A stretch of DNA of 63,349 bases, filler included, from Hyphochytrium catenoides (GCA_900088475.1; 10 parts of 10 records of this genome joined end to end with filler, not necessarily neighbours in it), one strand, 5' to 3'. Counted from the first letter of the whole stretch, positions 23,331 through 35,900 are shown. Numbers and translations: made by a program. The notes: generated by a model from the sequence alone, not told the origin.

Positions 23331-26300
23331 ATGGCGCTTGACTGCTTTCAGCTTATGCAGAGCTTGCTGTCTCCTGATAATGCGCAGAGAGGAGCAGCAG
23401 AAAGTGCGTTCGGAGAGCTAAAAAAGAACCCAGAGCAGACAGTACATAGCCTCCTGCAGGTCCTGCGTGGGCCAGCACCGGATGATGTGCGGACAATGAG
23501 TGCAGTTCTTCTAAGAAGGGTTATTCTGAAGGAAGAGTCCTCCCTCTATCCACAATGCAGTGTGGAGACTCAACGGGCGTTGCAAGCTCAGCTTCTCCAG
23601 TGCCTTGATGGTGAATCTGTACCGAGTGTTAGGCGGAAAGTGTGCGACATTGTCGGGGAGCTGGCCGCAGGTGTATTAGAAGATGAACAATGGCCGGAGC
23701 TGCTTCCCTTTATGTTCGAGAGTGTCAACTCTGCCAGTTCCATAAGAAAGGAAAACGCACTCCGCATTTTTGGCATGATCGGTGGGTACATCGCGGGTTC
23801 AATGCAGCCACACTTTGACACCTTCAACCGCATCTTCATGGCCTGCATAATGGCCGCTGACAGTAACGATGAGGTGAAAGTGGCGGCAGTAAGAGCTGTT
23901 GGTATGCTCCTCATCTGCCTGAACTCCACGACAGACATAAAGCACTTTCAGAGCCTTATGCAGCCCATGATCCAGCTGGTGGGTGCTGCTCTGGGCAGGG
24001 GCGAGGAGCTAGTGGCTCAAGACTGCCTGGAGGTTCTTATAGAAGTCGCGGACGTGCATCCTACCTTCTTCCGCCCCGCGTTGGCTGATGTTGTTCAGGC
24101 CATGCTTCAAGTTGCAGAATCCACGGATGTTGACGATGCCTGCCGACAACTCTCCCTAGAGTTTGTTCTCTGTTTGGCAGAGCGAGCTCCCTCAATGTGT
24201 CGCAAGATCCCAAACAACTTCTTCGCTGTCCGCGTCATTCCAGTTATCTTCCGCTTGATGCTTGAGGTGGACGAGCATTGGGCAGAAAGGGAGGAAGAGG
24301 ACGAATGCACGAACTTTGACGTTGGGGCCGAGGCTCTGGAGCGGTTTGTTCAGTTCATTAAAGCAAAGAGAAGCCTTCCAGTAGCCTTTGAGCTGATCAA
24401 GGAATATACGGCACAGAGCGACTGGAAGTACCGCCACGCTGGGCTTATGGCATTGACAGAGATCGTTGCCTTCTGCGATGGGGACAAAAAGCAGCTTAAA
24501 AGCATCACAGAAAGCGTCTTGCAATTCATGAAGGATGAGCACCCAAGAGTGCGCTATGCAGCGATACAGTGCGTTGGACAGCTGGCGATTGACCACAACC
24601 CACTCTTCCAGGGTCTTTTCCACGAGACCATTATACCTCAGCTCCTCTCCGTCATGCAGGACGCTTCCCATCCACGTTTACAGTCTGAGGCCATTTTGGC
24701 GCTGGTGCACTTCATTGACTCTCTTCCTGGGGAGCTCCTCGAGCCCTATCTTGAAGTGGTGCTGGGACGGCTCTTTTTGCTCTTGAGAGACGGACCACTG
24801 GTTGTGCAGGAGCAGGCTGTCACCGCCATCGCCACAGTAGCAGAGAGCGCTCGCCATCTCTTTGTCCGTTTCTATGGCACTTTCATGCCAGTACTCAAAT
24901 CGGTGCTCCTACGATGCGGCGGGTCAAAGGATATCCGGCTACTGGGAGGAAAGGTGCTGGAATGTATCTCTCTTATTGGCGTCTCGGTCGGGAAAGAGCA
25001 GTTCAAGGCCGATGCCCTAGAAGTAATGGATTTTATGTTGAAGGAGCAGGTGGGAGATATGGAGCACGATGACCCACGCCGGCTGTACATTCTAGCTGCT
25101 TTTGGACGCATTTGTACTTGCCTAGGTGCGGACTTTGCTCCTTACCTACCTATGGTCATGCCCTCTGTGCTAGAGGCTGCTACGCAGGTAGCTGAGGTCT
25201 CGGTAAGGGAGCTGCCCGAGGAAGATGACGATGAGGATGACGGTGTAGAGCTTGTACAGGCTGGAGATAAGTTTATCTCCGTCCGGACCTCTGCCCTGGA
25301 AGACAAGGCCACGGCCTGCAAGATGATAGCATGCTTCGTACATGATTTAAAGGAAGTATTCTTCCCTTACGTCGAGCAAGTGGCTAAAATTATGGCGCCG
25401 CTTATGACGGAGTCAGTCCACGACGACATCCGCTCCAGTGCGATCGCAGTGATGCCTGACCTTGTCCTTTCGGTGTCAAGAGCACTCACCAATGCCCCTG
25501 ATCGTGAGCCGGTGAAGCAGCTGCTAGAGTTTGCCCTAGGTCGGCTTCTTGAGGCTCTACCTACAGAGCCGGAGATGGAACTGGTAATGACCATTATGCA
25601 GGCAATCAAGTTCTGTGTGGAGAACGCTAGCACTACGGCTGCTGCAGATGGAAAGGACAGCCATGTCCTTGGCACAGTCGTGCTCAACGAAGCACAGCTA
25701 GTGCAGCTGGTTAATGCGCTATTGCTTGTTCTAAGAGACAGTCTTCAGAGAAGGGCGGTGCGGATAGCGAAGAGAAAGGTGAGAGGCAAGCATGGCTAGA
25801 ACGTCTTGCCATGCCTTTATTCTGCTTTGGAGTTTTCCTTGTGCTCCCTGTTACTCCTGCTGTTCCTGGCCTCCTTTGTGGTTTGATGCTTTCTCTGTTG
25901 CTTTCCCTCTGAACTCGGCAAAGTTGGGACTCAATTAGTCCTTCTGCTTGCTGCCCTTACTAAGTTTCCGACTATGGTCTCACTCCCGATATCCTTTTGG
26001 ATCGCGCCTTCTCCTCTAGGTCGAGGACTATGATGAGGAAGAAGAGGAGCTGGACGATCAGGCGGACGAGGAGGATAGAGAGCTGCAGTTCGTGTGGTCA
26101 GACTGCATCGGAGGGCTCGCTAAGACTCACCGCCAATTCTTCCTTCCTACCTTCAAGCACCTTCTCCTCGAAAAGATAGTGGAGATGAGTCAGGTCTACT
26201 GCCGGCCCATCGACAGGAAGACGGCCATATTTATTATTGACGACGTGTTAGAGTACTGCGGTCAGGAAGCGCTGGGCTTGCTCGAGAGCTTTGCACCTAT

Positions 26301-26865
26301 CCTTCTAGAGAGCGTCGTGGCGGACGATCCAGCCATCCGACAAGCAGCAGCGTACGGGCTCGGAGTGGCTGCAAGAGTTGGAGGGGAGCCGTTCAAAGCT
26401 TATGCCCGCGAGGCATCTGTACGGTTAGGGAGAGTTATTATGGCCCCAGATGCAAGAGAAGGCAGCAATGAGACAGCCACCGACAATGCTGTGTCAGCTC
26501 TTAGCGTTCTATGTGAGAACTACTCTGAGGTTCTCGAGACCGACAAGCTGAACAATATATGGCTCTCATATCTCCCTCTCAGAGGAGACGTTGATGAGTC
26601 TAGAGCGGTGTCCAGCCGGCTCTGTGACCTAGTGCAGAGTGGCAACAAGTACGTGCTAGGCGAAAATGGAGAGAACGTTCCTCAGATAGTTCGGATATTC
26701 GCGGAGGTGATTGGAACAAACTTTTGTGAGGAATCCGTAAGCCAGAGGATGCTTCAGCTGCTGAAGAACCTCCAGCAAGGCGCAAGCAGAGATGTGATGA
26801 ACGCGACCTGGACGGCGCTCTCTTCTGAACACCAAGTGAAGCTTCAGCAGCTGCTTGCTGCTTAA
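23331..26865 (+). CDS. IPO5: Importin-5 (karyopherin beta-3, Kap121/Pse1 family), 2 exons, intron 25779-26019
   Basis: HEAT-repeat protein with LLSPDNAQRGAAE, WPELLPFMF, WKYRHAGLMAL, DEHPRVRYAA, ECISLIGVSVGKEQF, RTSALEDKATAC, IRQAAAYGLG and ATDNAVSAL. About 1,100 aa. Confidence 0.92.
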
Positions 26866-28064
26866 GGGCAACTCTACCCTTCAGTCTTTTTCGTAAGCAA
26901 CGATGAACAGGGTTGAGGGAGATTGCGATAGGCTGAAGAAGTCTATCATTTCTCCCCCAGCAGCGTCTCTGCTCTCCATAAGGATCAAAAAGGTGATGCT
27001 GAGAGTTCCCAGAGTGAAGACCTGCAAGTGAGTCGAGTCAACGGCATAGGGGCAAAGGTAAAAAGAAAGAGAGAGTAGGTGGTGCCCACTTAGGTCACTG
27101 GTTCGGGCAGCATTCGTTATTTAGGTAGGAAAGGCAGAGCAGCAATGTAGAAGTAGAAGAGGATAGGAAGGGAGAAGAGATGGGGAACAGTTCGTGGTGA
27201 GGAGAGCTAGCCTACGCCTGCTTCAGTGATTGTACAAAGCGATCTCCGTCATATTATAACCTCCGCTGAACTGCTAAATAGAGAGCAGCGTACCTTTTGT
27301 CAGTCCAATTTTAGGATATACTGAGTGAACCGTGCTGTGCATTCTTACTTCTACTAGCGCGGTCTATAAGCTATGATCTACTCCTTGCGTCGCCGGACTC
27401 AAACGCCAGCTGCTTCCAATCAAGGAACCGTTTCTCCTCTCTGAACGTTAGTCGCCTTCTTTGCTCAGCAACGGGCCTCCAACCTGCTGCAGAGCTTCCC
27501 CACTATGAGGGAGTGCAGTTTTAGTGTTGCTGGGATGATTATTGGATCAGCTAAGGAAAAGTCACGGGAGGACGGTGCCAATAGCAGCCTCACGCCCTTG
27601 AACTCAGGTTCATGAGACAAAGGAAGGGGATTCTCAGTTCAGCGGGGTTTTGGACATCATCTGGACAATGTCCTCTCGTCAACTTCCTCCCTTTTGATGG
27701 TCTAGCCGACAAGGGCTCCAGTAACAGTGGGTAGCAGAGACTGCGCTGTAAAGCGAGAGAGGAGAGAAAGCAACAGAGACTGCATCTTTGCATTTTGGCA
27801 TCTTTGCTTGTTGGATTGTAAAGAAGTACGCGTCAGGACAGGACGCAACAAGCGCCACTATTTCTCCTCATCTCCTCAGTCTACGATGATAACCATAGTA
27901 ACCTCAAGAGAAAGCAAAAGCGCAACCATGTGACTGAGTCTATAAGCTACCGGCCAACTCCCAGNNNNNNNNNNNNNNNNNNNNNNNNNNNNNNNNNNNN
28001 NNNNNNNNTTAATTAATTAANNNNNNNNNNNNNNNNNNNNNNNNNNNNNNNNNNNNNNNNNNNN

Positions 28065-28101
<37 letters not shown>

Positions 28102-29003
28102 AAGAGAGAGAGAGAGATTGCGGTCGGGCGCTGGGACAGCCATCAAACCTCAGACATCACGCTCTTTCCTAGTGACAGACAGAGTCTCACATGATGGGCG
28201 ATCGCAGCCTCGAGAGACAAAGCAGATGACCGCCTGGGTCTCCGATATACTCGCATTGGATTTCTTCATAATGATGGGCGACTAGGACCTCTCACGGGAT
28301 GGACGCCAGATAGAAGCAGCTTCGCAACTCTTGAAGCTCTTCTCAGAGTGATCTTTAGAGATCTTCAAGAGTTAAGGTTCAAAGATCTGTCCCGTCGCTG
28401 CTCATCAACGAAGGGCGTGACAGAGTCAATTGGCGACTTGGACCAAGATAGCTCCACACAGACGACACATCTCTGTGTGTAAGACCTTGCTCTCTATCTA
28501 ATCTGCATCTTCAACTGTCTCCAGTGGGCTTTGTAGAAGAGCCCGACTCATTGGAGTTCTTAAGCCCACTCAGCCTCTAGCGTTCAAGCAGGCCAGGAGC
28601 TCCAAGACACTCCTTCGTCTAAACAGTTATACTTCAGGACGCGTTACGGTTGGATGAGAGACTGAACATCGCGGTGTGGACGGGTCTCAAGAAGCCCTCT
28701 CAACTTGGTCACTTCTCCTCTAGATAGTTTAGTTCTTTTCAAGGTACATACGCTTACTCTGTATATATGAGACGTCCACGGCTCTCCTGCTCCCGCTTCC
28801 CTTCTGCCTAGAAGGTATTCTCTTGCACATAACGCGGTGTCCTACTGGGTCTCTCCGTTCCAATCCTCATTCTAGTCCAACTGGGCCATCAAACTCTATG
28901 ACGCGCCACCACGATGTCTATTAGTTAGACAGCGCTCTCTCTTTTCTAAGCAGCGAATGAGCTGTGCCCTAACGCTTGATCATCTCATCCCTATAGCCCT
29001 ACA

Positions 29004-32000
29004 ATGGGAAGAAGACCCAGAGTAAGAGTGGTCCTGAATGGTCTGGATCCAGAGATCAGCCAGGAGGCGGCTCAGACGAGCGAGCCAATGATAGAGACAA
29101 GACATAGCAGAAAAAGAGCACTAGGGGGCAGCTTAGTAGGAAAAGAAGGAGAGGAAGAGGGCGACGTAATAGCCAAGAGGACGCGTCTAGGCTCTCGGCC
29201 TTCACCTAGCAACGTCAAGACAGAGGGAGAAAATAGGAAGAACTATAGCTCTGCGGAAACACCTAGGAAACGGAGAGGCAGGCCTGCTAGACCGTCGGTG
29301 GTCTTTGTCTTCAATGAGGCAAGAGTAGGCTTGGAGAGACAGGAGAAGGAGAGAACTCCGCTAACTCCTTTAGAGGACTTCCACGCAGTGCAGAAGGAAG
29401 TGCAGTCTCTTGAGCCTCAAGGAACCAGGCTCAACGCTGGGCTTGATGCCCGCAATCTCTCTTCTGGCAGACGCTCCTTCTTGGATCAAGTGCAGTCCCT
29501 CGTACACAGAAAACAGGAAGACAGTCTGAGGTCTAGTGGCTCGTTGAAAAAGACAGAAGTCACAGAAAGAGTCAAAAGTAGAAGAGAAGGAGGGGATAGA
29601 AGCGCATCAGTGCAGCTCTCTCCTTTAGACTCAGCCTCCGCAGTTGAGATCCGTCAGCACATTGAGATGCTGAGGGTCGAGGCGCTAGTGCGTCCTCTCT
29701 TCCAGCTGCTCAACCGTCTGCTCTCTCATCCCTGCAACAAAGGCGTCTTTAACATCCCAGTAGACCCTGTCGCTCTCGCCATCCCAGACTATTTCTCTGT
29801 CATCTCTCATCCTATGGACTTTGGGACCATCAAGCAGAAGCTCTTAACCCTGCAGTACAGAGACACAGAGTCATTTGCCAGAGATGTCTTCCTCGTGTTT
29901 GCCAATGCTATCCGGTACAATCCTTCAACGCATCCAATCCATCAGGCGGCTCTCAAAATGAGGAAGGACTTTGAGAAAGATCTGCTAACAGTGACTCACA
30001 GAGAGTCAAGCAGGGCGGAGAAGACCTCAGAGCACGTCTGTGAGCACTGTGGAGGCCAAACTTGCACGTTATGTGGCGATAAATGCCTGAAGTTTGAGCC
30101 GTCGTCTCTCTACTGCGTCGGGAGATGTGGAGAGAAAGTCAAGCGCGGCGCGGTGTACTATACGACGGAAGACAGAGAAAGTGTCTGGTGCGTGAAGTGC
30201 TACAACGTCAGCGGGAAGAATGTACACGTGACCAGCGGGAAAGAAGGCACAGGGAGCACGCAGACAATCTCTAAGCGGTCTCTATTGAGAAGGAGGTTTG
30301 ATGACCAAGTGACAGAGCCCTGGGTCCAGTGTGATGCGTGCGAGTCGTGGGTACATCAGATTTGCGCCTTGTTCAACGAAAGAGAAAATGCCTCTCTTCA
30401 GGGGCAAGAGGATATCGCGTATCTTTGTCCTCACTGCCGTTTGAAGGAGAAGGAGGAAGAGGAGAGGCGAGATCCTGCTGCTACGAAGATGAAGTCGACC
30501 TCTTCCCTCTCTCTCTCTTCGTCTCTTTCCGCGGATACAATTCCTCAGACTCCACTGGGTCAGTTCGTGGAGAGCTTGGTGAGGGAGAAGATTATCAACG
30601 GGCATGCTCAGGGTGCTCTTCAAGGTAAAGAGGTAGCTTCTCAGGTGTTTGTGCGGGAGGTTGCCTCGTTAGAGCGCAGAGGAAAGATACCTCAGGCGCT
30701 TAGGGAGCATTTTAAGGCGGAGAGGGATCTTGGGGCAGGAAGGAAAGGGGAAGAGAGGTACCCAGAAGGCACACTCTTCCGCTCAAGGACTATTCTTCTC
30801 TTCCAGAAGATAGACGGCGTGGATGTGGCAGTCTTCTCCATGTTCGTGCAGGAGTTCGGGGACCAGCCTAAGAATGAGCAGGGCCGTCCGCACCCGAATG
30901 AGCGCACAGTCTACATTGCTTACTTAGATAGCGTTGGCTACTTCCGACCGAGGAGCCTTCGAAGTGCGGTTTACCACGAGGTACTACTGGGCTACTTGGC
31001 CGACTGCCAGAGGCGCGGGTACAAGAGTGCGCACATTTGGAGTTGTCCTCCTGCCAGGGGCAATGACTTCATCTTCTGGTGCCATCCTGCGCACCAGAAG
31101 AATCCTAATAGGGAGCGCCTGGTGCAGTGGTACCGAGAGATGATCCAGACTGCGCAGGAGAGGGAGATTGTCCTCGATGTGCGCAGTGTCTTTGACACGT
31201 ACATCGCCCCTCCCCCTCCCTCGCGCTCCTCGTCTTCGTTCGTAGAGTCTCTCCTTGGTGGCACGGGCCAGAATGACAGTGGAAGACCGTCCTTGCCCGT
31301 GGCGCCTCGGACCCTTACATCTCTTTCTTCGCTGCCTCCCGTGTTTGAGGGTGACTACTTTGCTCTCGAGGTGGAGAGGCTGATCCGTACCTCGAAGGGA
31401 AGAAGAAAGTGGTACATCTACCCAAGGGACTATGGAGACATTGCGGCGTCCACAGCAGAATCTCCTCAACAAAAGCAAGGCAAGAACAAGGCAAAGGGAC
31501 GTCCTGCTAAGGTGAAAAGCAATAAGCTAGGTGGAGATGTACTGGGAAACGTGGGCGTGCACCAGGAAAGAGGGAAAGAAGAAAAGGTTACTTCTTCGCT
31601 CTCAAGACCGCTCTTTGCCGCTAGTGCTAGTGGCCTTACAGGAGCACCAGGCGTGGACGGTCCAGGGGATAACCTATCCTTCCAGGAGGACTTGGGTCCT
31701 GAGAGTTTATCCATGTGGGTCAGGCAAGCCTTTGCATGGTCCGCTTTCCAGTCTAGAGACAGTCTCTTTGTTTTGGACCTGCAACGAAGATGTGAAGGTT
31801 GCTACAGAGAGATTCCAGGAGGAGAGACCTACCATTATCTCCCAGAGGAAAGGATTGACGACAAGCATGAGGAAGACTACAATCTTGAGAAGAAGAGAGG
31901 AGAGAAGACCAAGCTTCGAAAGCCGGGCCACTCGCTCTGCAGTGGCTGCTTCGCCTCTCTTCCAGCCAAAGTCCGCGATGATCCTCTCTGGCTAATGCGC

Positions 32001-32330
32001 CTCTCCTACACTGCAGAAGGCGAGAGAAAAGACCCAGCGATCACCTGTGATCTCCTAGGGAAGAGAGACACCTTCCTCCACACCTGCGAGTACAAGCATT
32101 ATCAGTTTGACACGCTGCGCAGAGCAAAGCACTCCACGATGATGCTGTTGCACTATATCCACCGTCCGTCCTCTGCTCCCTTCCAGGACTGCTGTCTTTG
32201 CGGTGAGACGATATTAAAGGGTTCGCGATGGCACTGTGGGATCTGCCTGGGCTATAATGTATGCGAAGACTGTAGAGACAGAGAAAGCCATGTGCACCCA
32301 CTGACCGAGGTGAAGGCCTTAGAAGAGTAG
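29004..32330 (+). CDS. CBP/p300-family (KAT3/KAT11) histone acetyltransferase: bromodomain, RING-like/PHD, HAT, two ZZ-type fingers; intronless
   Basis: Bromodomain FNIPVDPVALAIPDYFSVISHPMDFGTIK...NAIRYN; PHD WVQCDACESWVHQICALF; HAT motifs VYIAYLDSV, HIWSCPP, FIFWCHP, RLVQWY, RRAKHSTMMLL; terminal ZZ CCLC...WHCGICLGYNVCEDC...HVHPL. Confidence 0.93.
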   Translation: MGRRPRVRVVLNGLDPEISQEAAQTSEPMIETRHSRKRALGGSLVGKEGEEEGDVIAKRTRLGSRPSPSNVKTEGENRKNYSSAETPRKRRGRPARPSVVFVFNEARVGLERQEKERTPLTPLEDFHAVQKEVQSLEPQGTRLNAGLDARNLSSGRRSFLDQVQSLVHRKQEDSLRSSGSLKKTEVTERVKSRREGGDRSASVQLSPLDSASAVEIRQHIEMLRVEALVRPLFQLLNRLLSHPCNKGVFNIPVDPVALAIPDYFSVISHPMDFGTIKQKLLTLQYRDTESFARDVFLVFANAIRYNPSTHPIHQAALKMRKDFEKDLLTVTHRESSRAEKTSEHVCEHCGGQTCTLCGDKCLKFEPSSLYCVGRCGEKVKRGAVYYTTEDRESVWCVKCYNVSGKNVHVTSGKEGTGSTQTISKRSLLRRRFDDQVTEPWVQCDACESWVHQICALFNERENASLQGQEDIAYLCPHCRLKEKEEEERRDPAATKMKSTSSLSLSSSLSADTIPQTPLGQFVESLVREKIINGHAQGALQGKEVASQVFVREVASLERRGKIPQALREHFKAERDLGAGRKGEERYPEGTLFRSRTILLFQKIDGVDVAVFSMFVQEFGDQPKNEQGRPHPNERTVYIAYLDSVGYFRPRSLRSAVYHEVLLGYLADCQRRGYKSAHIWSCPPARGNDFIFWCHPAHQKNPNRERLVQWYREMIQTAQEREIVLDVRSVFDTYIAPPPPSRSSSSFVESLLGGTGQNDSGRPSLPVAPRTLTSLSSLPPVFEGDYFALEVERLIRTSKGRRKWYIYPRDYGDIAASTAESPQQKQGKNKAKGRPAKVKSNKLGGDVLGNVGVHQERGKEEKVTSSLSRPLFAASASGLTGAPGVDGPGDNLSFQEDLGPESLSMWVRQAFAWSAFQSRDSLFVLDLQRRCEGCYREIPGGETYHYLPEERIDDKHEEDYNLEKKRGEKTKLRKPGHSLCSGCFASLPAKVRDDPLWLMRLSYTAEGERKDPAITCDLLGKRDTFLHTCEYKHYQFDTLRRAKHSTMMLLHYIHRPSSAPFQDCCLCGETILKGSRWHCGICLGYNVCEDCRDRESHVHPLTEVKALEE

Positions 32331-32966
32331 GGGACGGGGCAATAGGAAGAAGGTCTGATGTTAGGCAGGCACAGTGGTGGTGCCTCTATATTAGTTTGAT
32401 CTGAAGACAGAGTCAGAGAGTGGGGGAGAGAGAGAGAGAGCGCAGAGAGGGTGAACCGGCGCTCGTGGGTCTCTTTCTTCCTCCCTCTCTCCTCAGGTTT
32501 TGGACTGTATGTGAGTGCCTGTTGGGCACTTGGTTAGGTTATATTGATCCACTTAATTTATTTCTCTACTTATTTCACCTTCAGACACGGGCTTACACCG
32601 CTCAGGGAAGAAAACAAAGAGAGAGAGAGGGAATATCTGGGTTTTGACGTGCTGAGAATAGTGCCGTAAGGCGGAGAGTCATTAGCAATGTGCGGGAGTA
32701 AGAGAGAGAGGATGGTTGATGTAGAGAGCGGAGGGTTGAGAAGCACCTTCAACCTAAGCACATTTCCGAGGCTGAGAGATGAAAGACAGTTGACAGGGCT
32801 AAGGACTGAAGGGTACAAGGCATCCATTGAGCTGGTCACATTGACTGGGAGGAGAGTAGACAATCAGAGAGAGTGACAGGGAATGATGTTTGAGAAAGAC
32901 CCAATATGTTTACCTAAGAGTCGAAGAGATCGACAAGAGGCAGACAAAAATGGGAGAGAGAAAAAG

Positions 32967-33009
<43 letters not shown>

Positions 33010-33531
33010 NNNNNCGGACGAAGGTAGAAGAAGCTCCTCATAAGTTAGAGAAGTTCTCTATTTCCACATTATTAAAGAGTCTACTGCGGCTACACCCTCT
33101 TCTAATGGGGAGAAGCCGCCCTTTTGGGGCGGAGAGAAAAGTAAGCTCTCCTCCTCCCTTCGTTATCTGCTATGTTTCTTTAGTCTCGTGTGGCTGGTGT
33201 TTCATCCCCGGCAGGAGAGCGATGCAGCGCGCTCTTCGAGAGGGTAGACGGACAGAAGGAGCTTCTAAGAGCTTCATATCTAAACCGGAATATTGGACAG
33301 GTCGCCATCAGAGAGGCCGAGGCGTTGATCAAGGCAATGTATCGCAATGGGAGAAGAAAGAGAGGAGAGAGAGAGAGATATTAAGAGGATGGGTAAGAGA
33401 GGGACATGGCGCAGCTCTCCTATTGCCATGGTTGATTGCCGCCGTGCGTTGGAGGTAAGGGGGCGGAGAACCAGGGTGATGCTTGAGAGCTGCGGGAGAG
33501 GATCCAGCAACCGAGGAAAGCATCTCTCCGC

Positions 33532-34717
33532 TCACATTACTGTGCATTCCTCAGGATTGGCGCCTGGTACCCCCGCCATCCCTGGTGGGAACATTCCGGG
33601 GCCCTGGAAGAGATAGACCGGAGAGAAGGATGAGATGGAGATAAAACGACAGGGAAAGAGAAAGGTAAACGGCCTAAGGCTTGTGGTTGTTACCATGTTC
33701 GGCATAATGGGCATTCCTTCCTGATCAAATTGCAGTCCTGGAGCCAATTCCTTCACAATCTCAGCCGGAGGCTGGCCACATTCTTGCATCTATCGAGTCG
33801 TTGAGTGGTAAGCAGCGGTAGTGCCATCAGACATTTTTGGCAAACGGACAAGGAGGTTGGCCGACGAGACGGGAGAAGAGAGTGTCTCATCCGAGAAAGA
33901 AGACAAGTTCAGTAAGGTAGGGCCATAGCTCGGACAGAGACGCGGGGAAAAATGTCAAGATGCCGCGACTATGAAGAAGACAAAGATAAGAACTTGTGGC
34001 CGTACATCTTGCATGAGCTCCATCAGCCGCGGGAAGTTTTCTGGTTCTGTTTCGTAAAGCAGGACAATCTGTTGGAAGTATTGGTACTGTCGGCCATATC
34101 TGAACAAGAGAAATTCGTGAGCAACAGAGAGCTCGTCAGGGCCTCACATAGAGATAGAAGAGTAAACACAGAGAGAGAGACAGAGAGACAGAGAGACGGG
34201 TGGAAAGCCAAAGAGAGAGGAGGTGCGAGAGATGGAAAGAGGAGGTTAGCTAAAGGGCAGATGGAGTAAATAAGAGTTAATAAGACAAATGACTGACAAA
34301 GAAGGTGAGCTGACCTCTCATAGTCCTCTTTAGACAAGTGAGGCTCCTTCTCAGCTAGCCACTCAGGATACTGGGAGCAACGCACAGGTTAGGCACCAGG
34401 CACAAGTGAGAGACAGGACACAGAAGCGAGGAGAAAAGCGGGGAGAAAGTAAGTGAAGCTCTTACCTTCTCACATATCTGCTTGATAGGATCATAGATCA
34501 CTTCCTTGGACAGCAGCTGCTTCATCATTCCATCAACCACCTCTTGGAAGTCCTCCTGATGGGTAGATCCACCGGTAGCAGACGATAGAGAAAGCAAGCG
34601 AATGAGGAAAAGAGGGAAAAAAGGAAGAAAGACAGAGAGTTAGAGTTAGGTAGAGACGGGAAGAAAGAATGCGCGGAAGCAAGAGAGAAAAGGAGATCGA
34701 CAGGAAGGGAGATAGAG

Positions 34718-34778
<61 letters not shown>

Positions 34779-35900
34779 GAAAGCCCAGCGCGAGAATGCT
34801 AGAGCAGAGAAACAATGCATTGGTCAGGGTACATCGTAGAGAGATACGGTACAGGCCACAAGGAAGGAAGAAAGAGGGAGGGCAATGCTGCTAACAGGGC
34901 CAGGATGCCTCTACTCGCCTTCTCGCCCAGCTTCTCCAACTCCTTCATCATCTCACTCATCATCGCCTCTCCCATCTGCTCCATCTGCGCACTCTCCATC
35001 CCTTCCATCTCACTGGACGCCTCCTGCAGGTTCTGAAGGGTCTGCGCTACGGTCTTGTCCACTTCACTTTCTTTCCCTGCCCCTTGTCGATTGCTGCTAC
35101 TCGGATTGGGTTTGCCAGCCGGCTGATCCAGACCTTTTGGCGAAGAAGAGGTGCAAACGAGGCAAAAGAGAGGGAAAAGTGACGGTGGACAATAGACCAA
35201 GAGAGAGAGAGTGAAAAAAGACACACACACACAGAGAGAGAGAGGGAGAGAGAGAAAGAAAGGTTGGCGGTTGATGGGGAACGAGGCAGAACATCACTGG
35301 CAAGTCAGGAGACGAAGGTCCCTTGGTAGAGAATTATAACGGAGTCTCTCCTTCACAGTGTGAGGTTAAGCAAGAGGAAATGCTTCTCTTCCCTTCCGCT
35401 CGTTCTCTCTCGCGCACCTCCTTCATCCTTCAGATACTTGAAGGTCTCCTCCAGGGACTTCTGGAACTCTGGGTTCTCAAAATCTTTCATCAGCGCCTCC
35501 ATTTGCTAGGCAGAGACAGGGAATAAAGAAGATAGAGCGCCGGTGAGATGTCAAAAGAAAACTGAAGGAAGACCCTCAAACTCTACACACGAGCCCGCAC
35601 TGGAGAGCTCGAGTGGTAGAGTGAGAAGATGAGATCTCTCTCTCTTTCTCACTTTCTCTCTCTCTTCATCGGGAGCGGTACAAACGAACATAGACAGAAT
35701 GGACAAAGGCCGGGGGATAAGGAAATGAGAGAGAATGAGAGAGACTCCGAACTGGGCGAGAGCATGACTGAGAGTGCGGCAGACTCAGGAAGAGGTCAGT
35801 CCAAGAGGAGAAGAGCGCTACCTTCTTCATATCCTCCATGTTGAGCTCCTCAGGATCTGTTGAGGGCTTGGCAACCTCTTCCGCTGCGCCACGTGCACGG
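33532..35900 (-). CDS. PEX19: Peroxisomal biogenesis factor 19, 5' end missing
   Basis: Spliced exons give ...EKLGEK|EDFQEVVDGMMKQLLSKEVIYDPIKQICEK|YPEWL...YER|YGRQYQYF...MELMQD|MQECGQPPAEIV..., ending in the CaaX box CTVM*. Confidence 0.92.

Noticed and set aside
12783-25815. Introner-like or hairpin-defined introns (GTAGGCCTAC palindrome at a dynein donor, GCATGGC/GCCATGC stem in the IPO5 intron)
   Set aside because: The stems are short and inconsistent, introns share no sequence family, and boundaries are canonical.
23588-32301. Antisense ORFs overlapping IPO5 and the CBP gene
   Set aside because: These are shadow ORFs of long coding sequences with no independent motifs.
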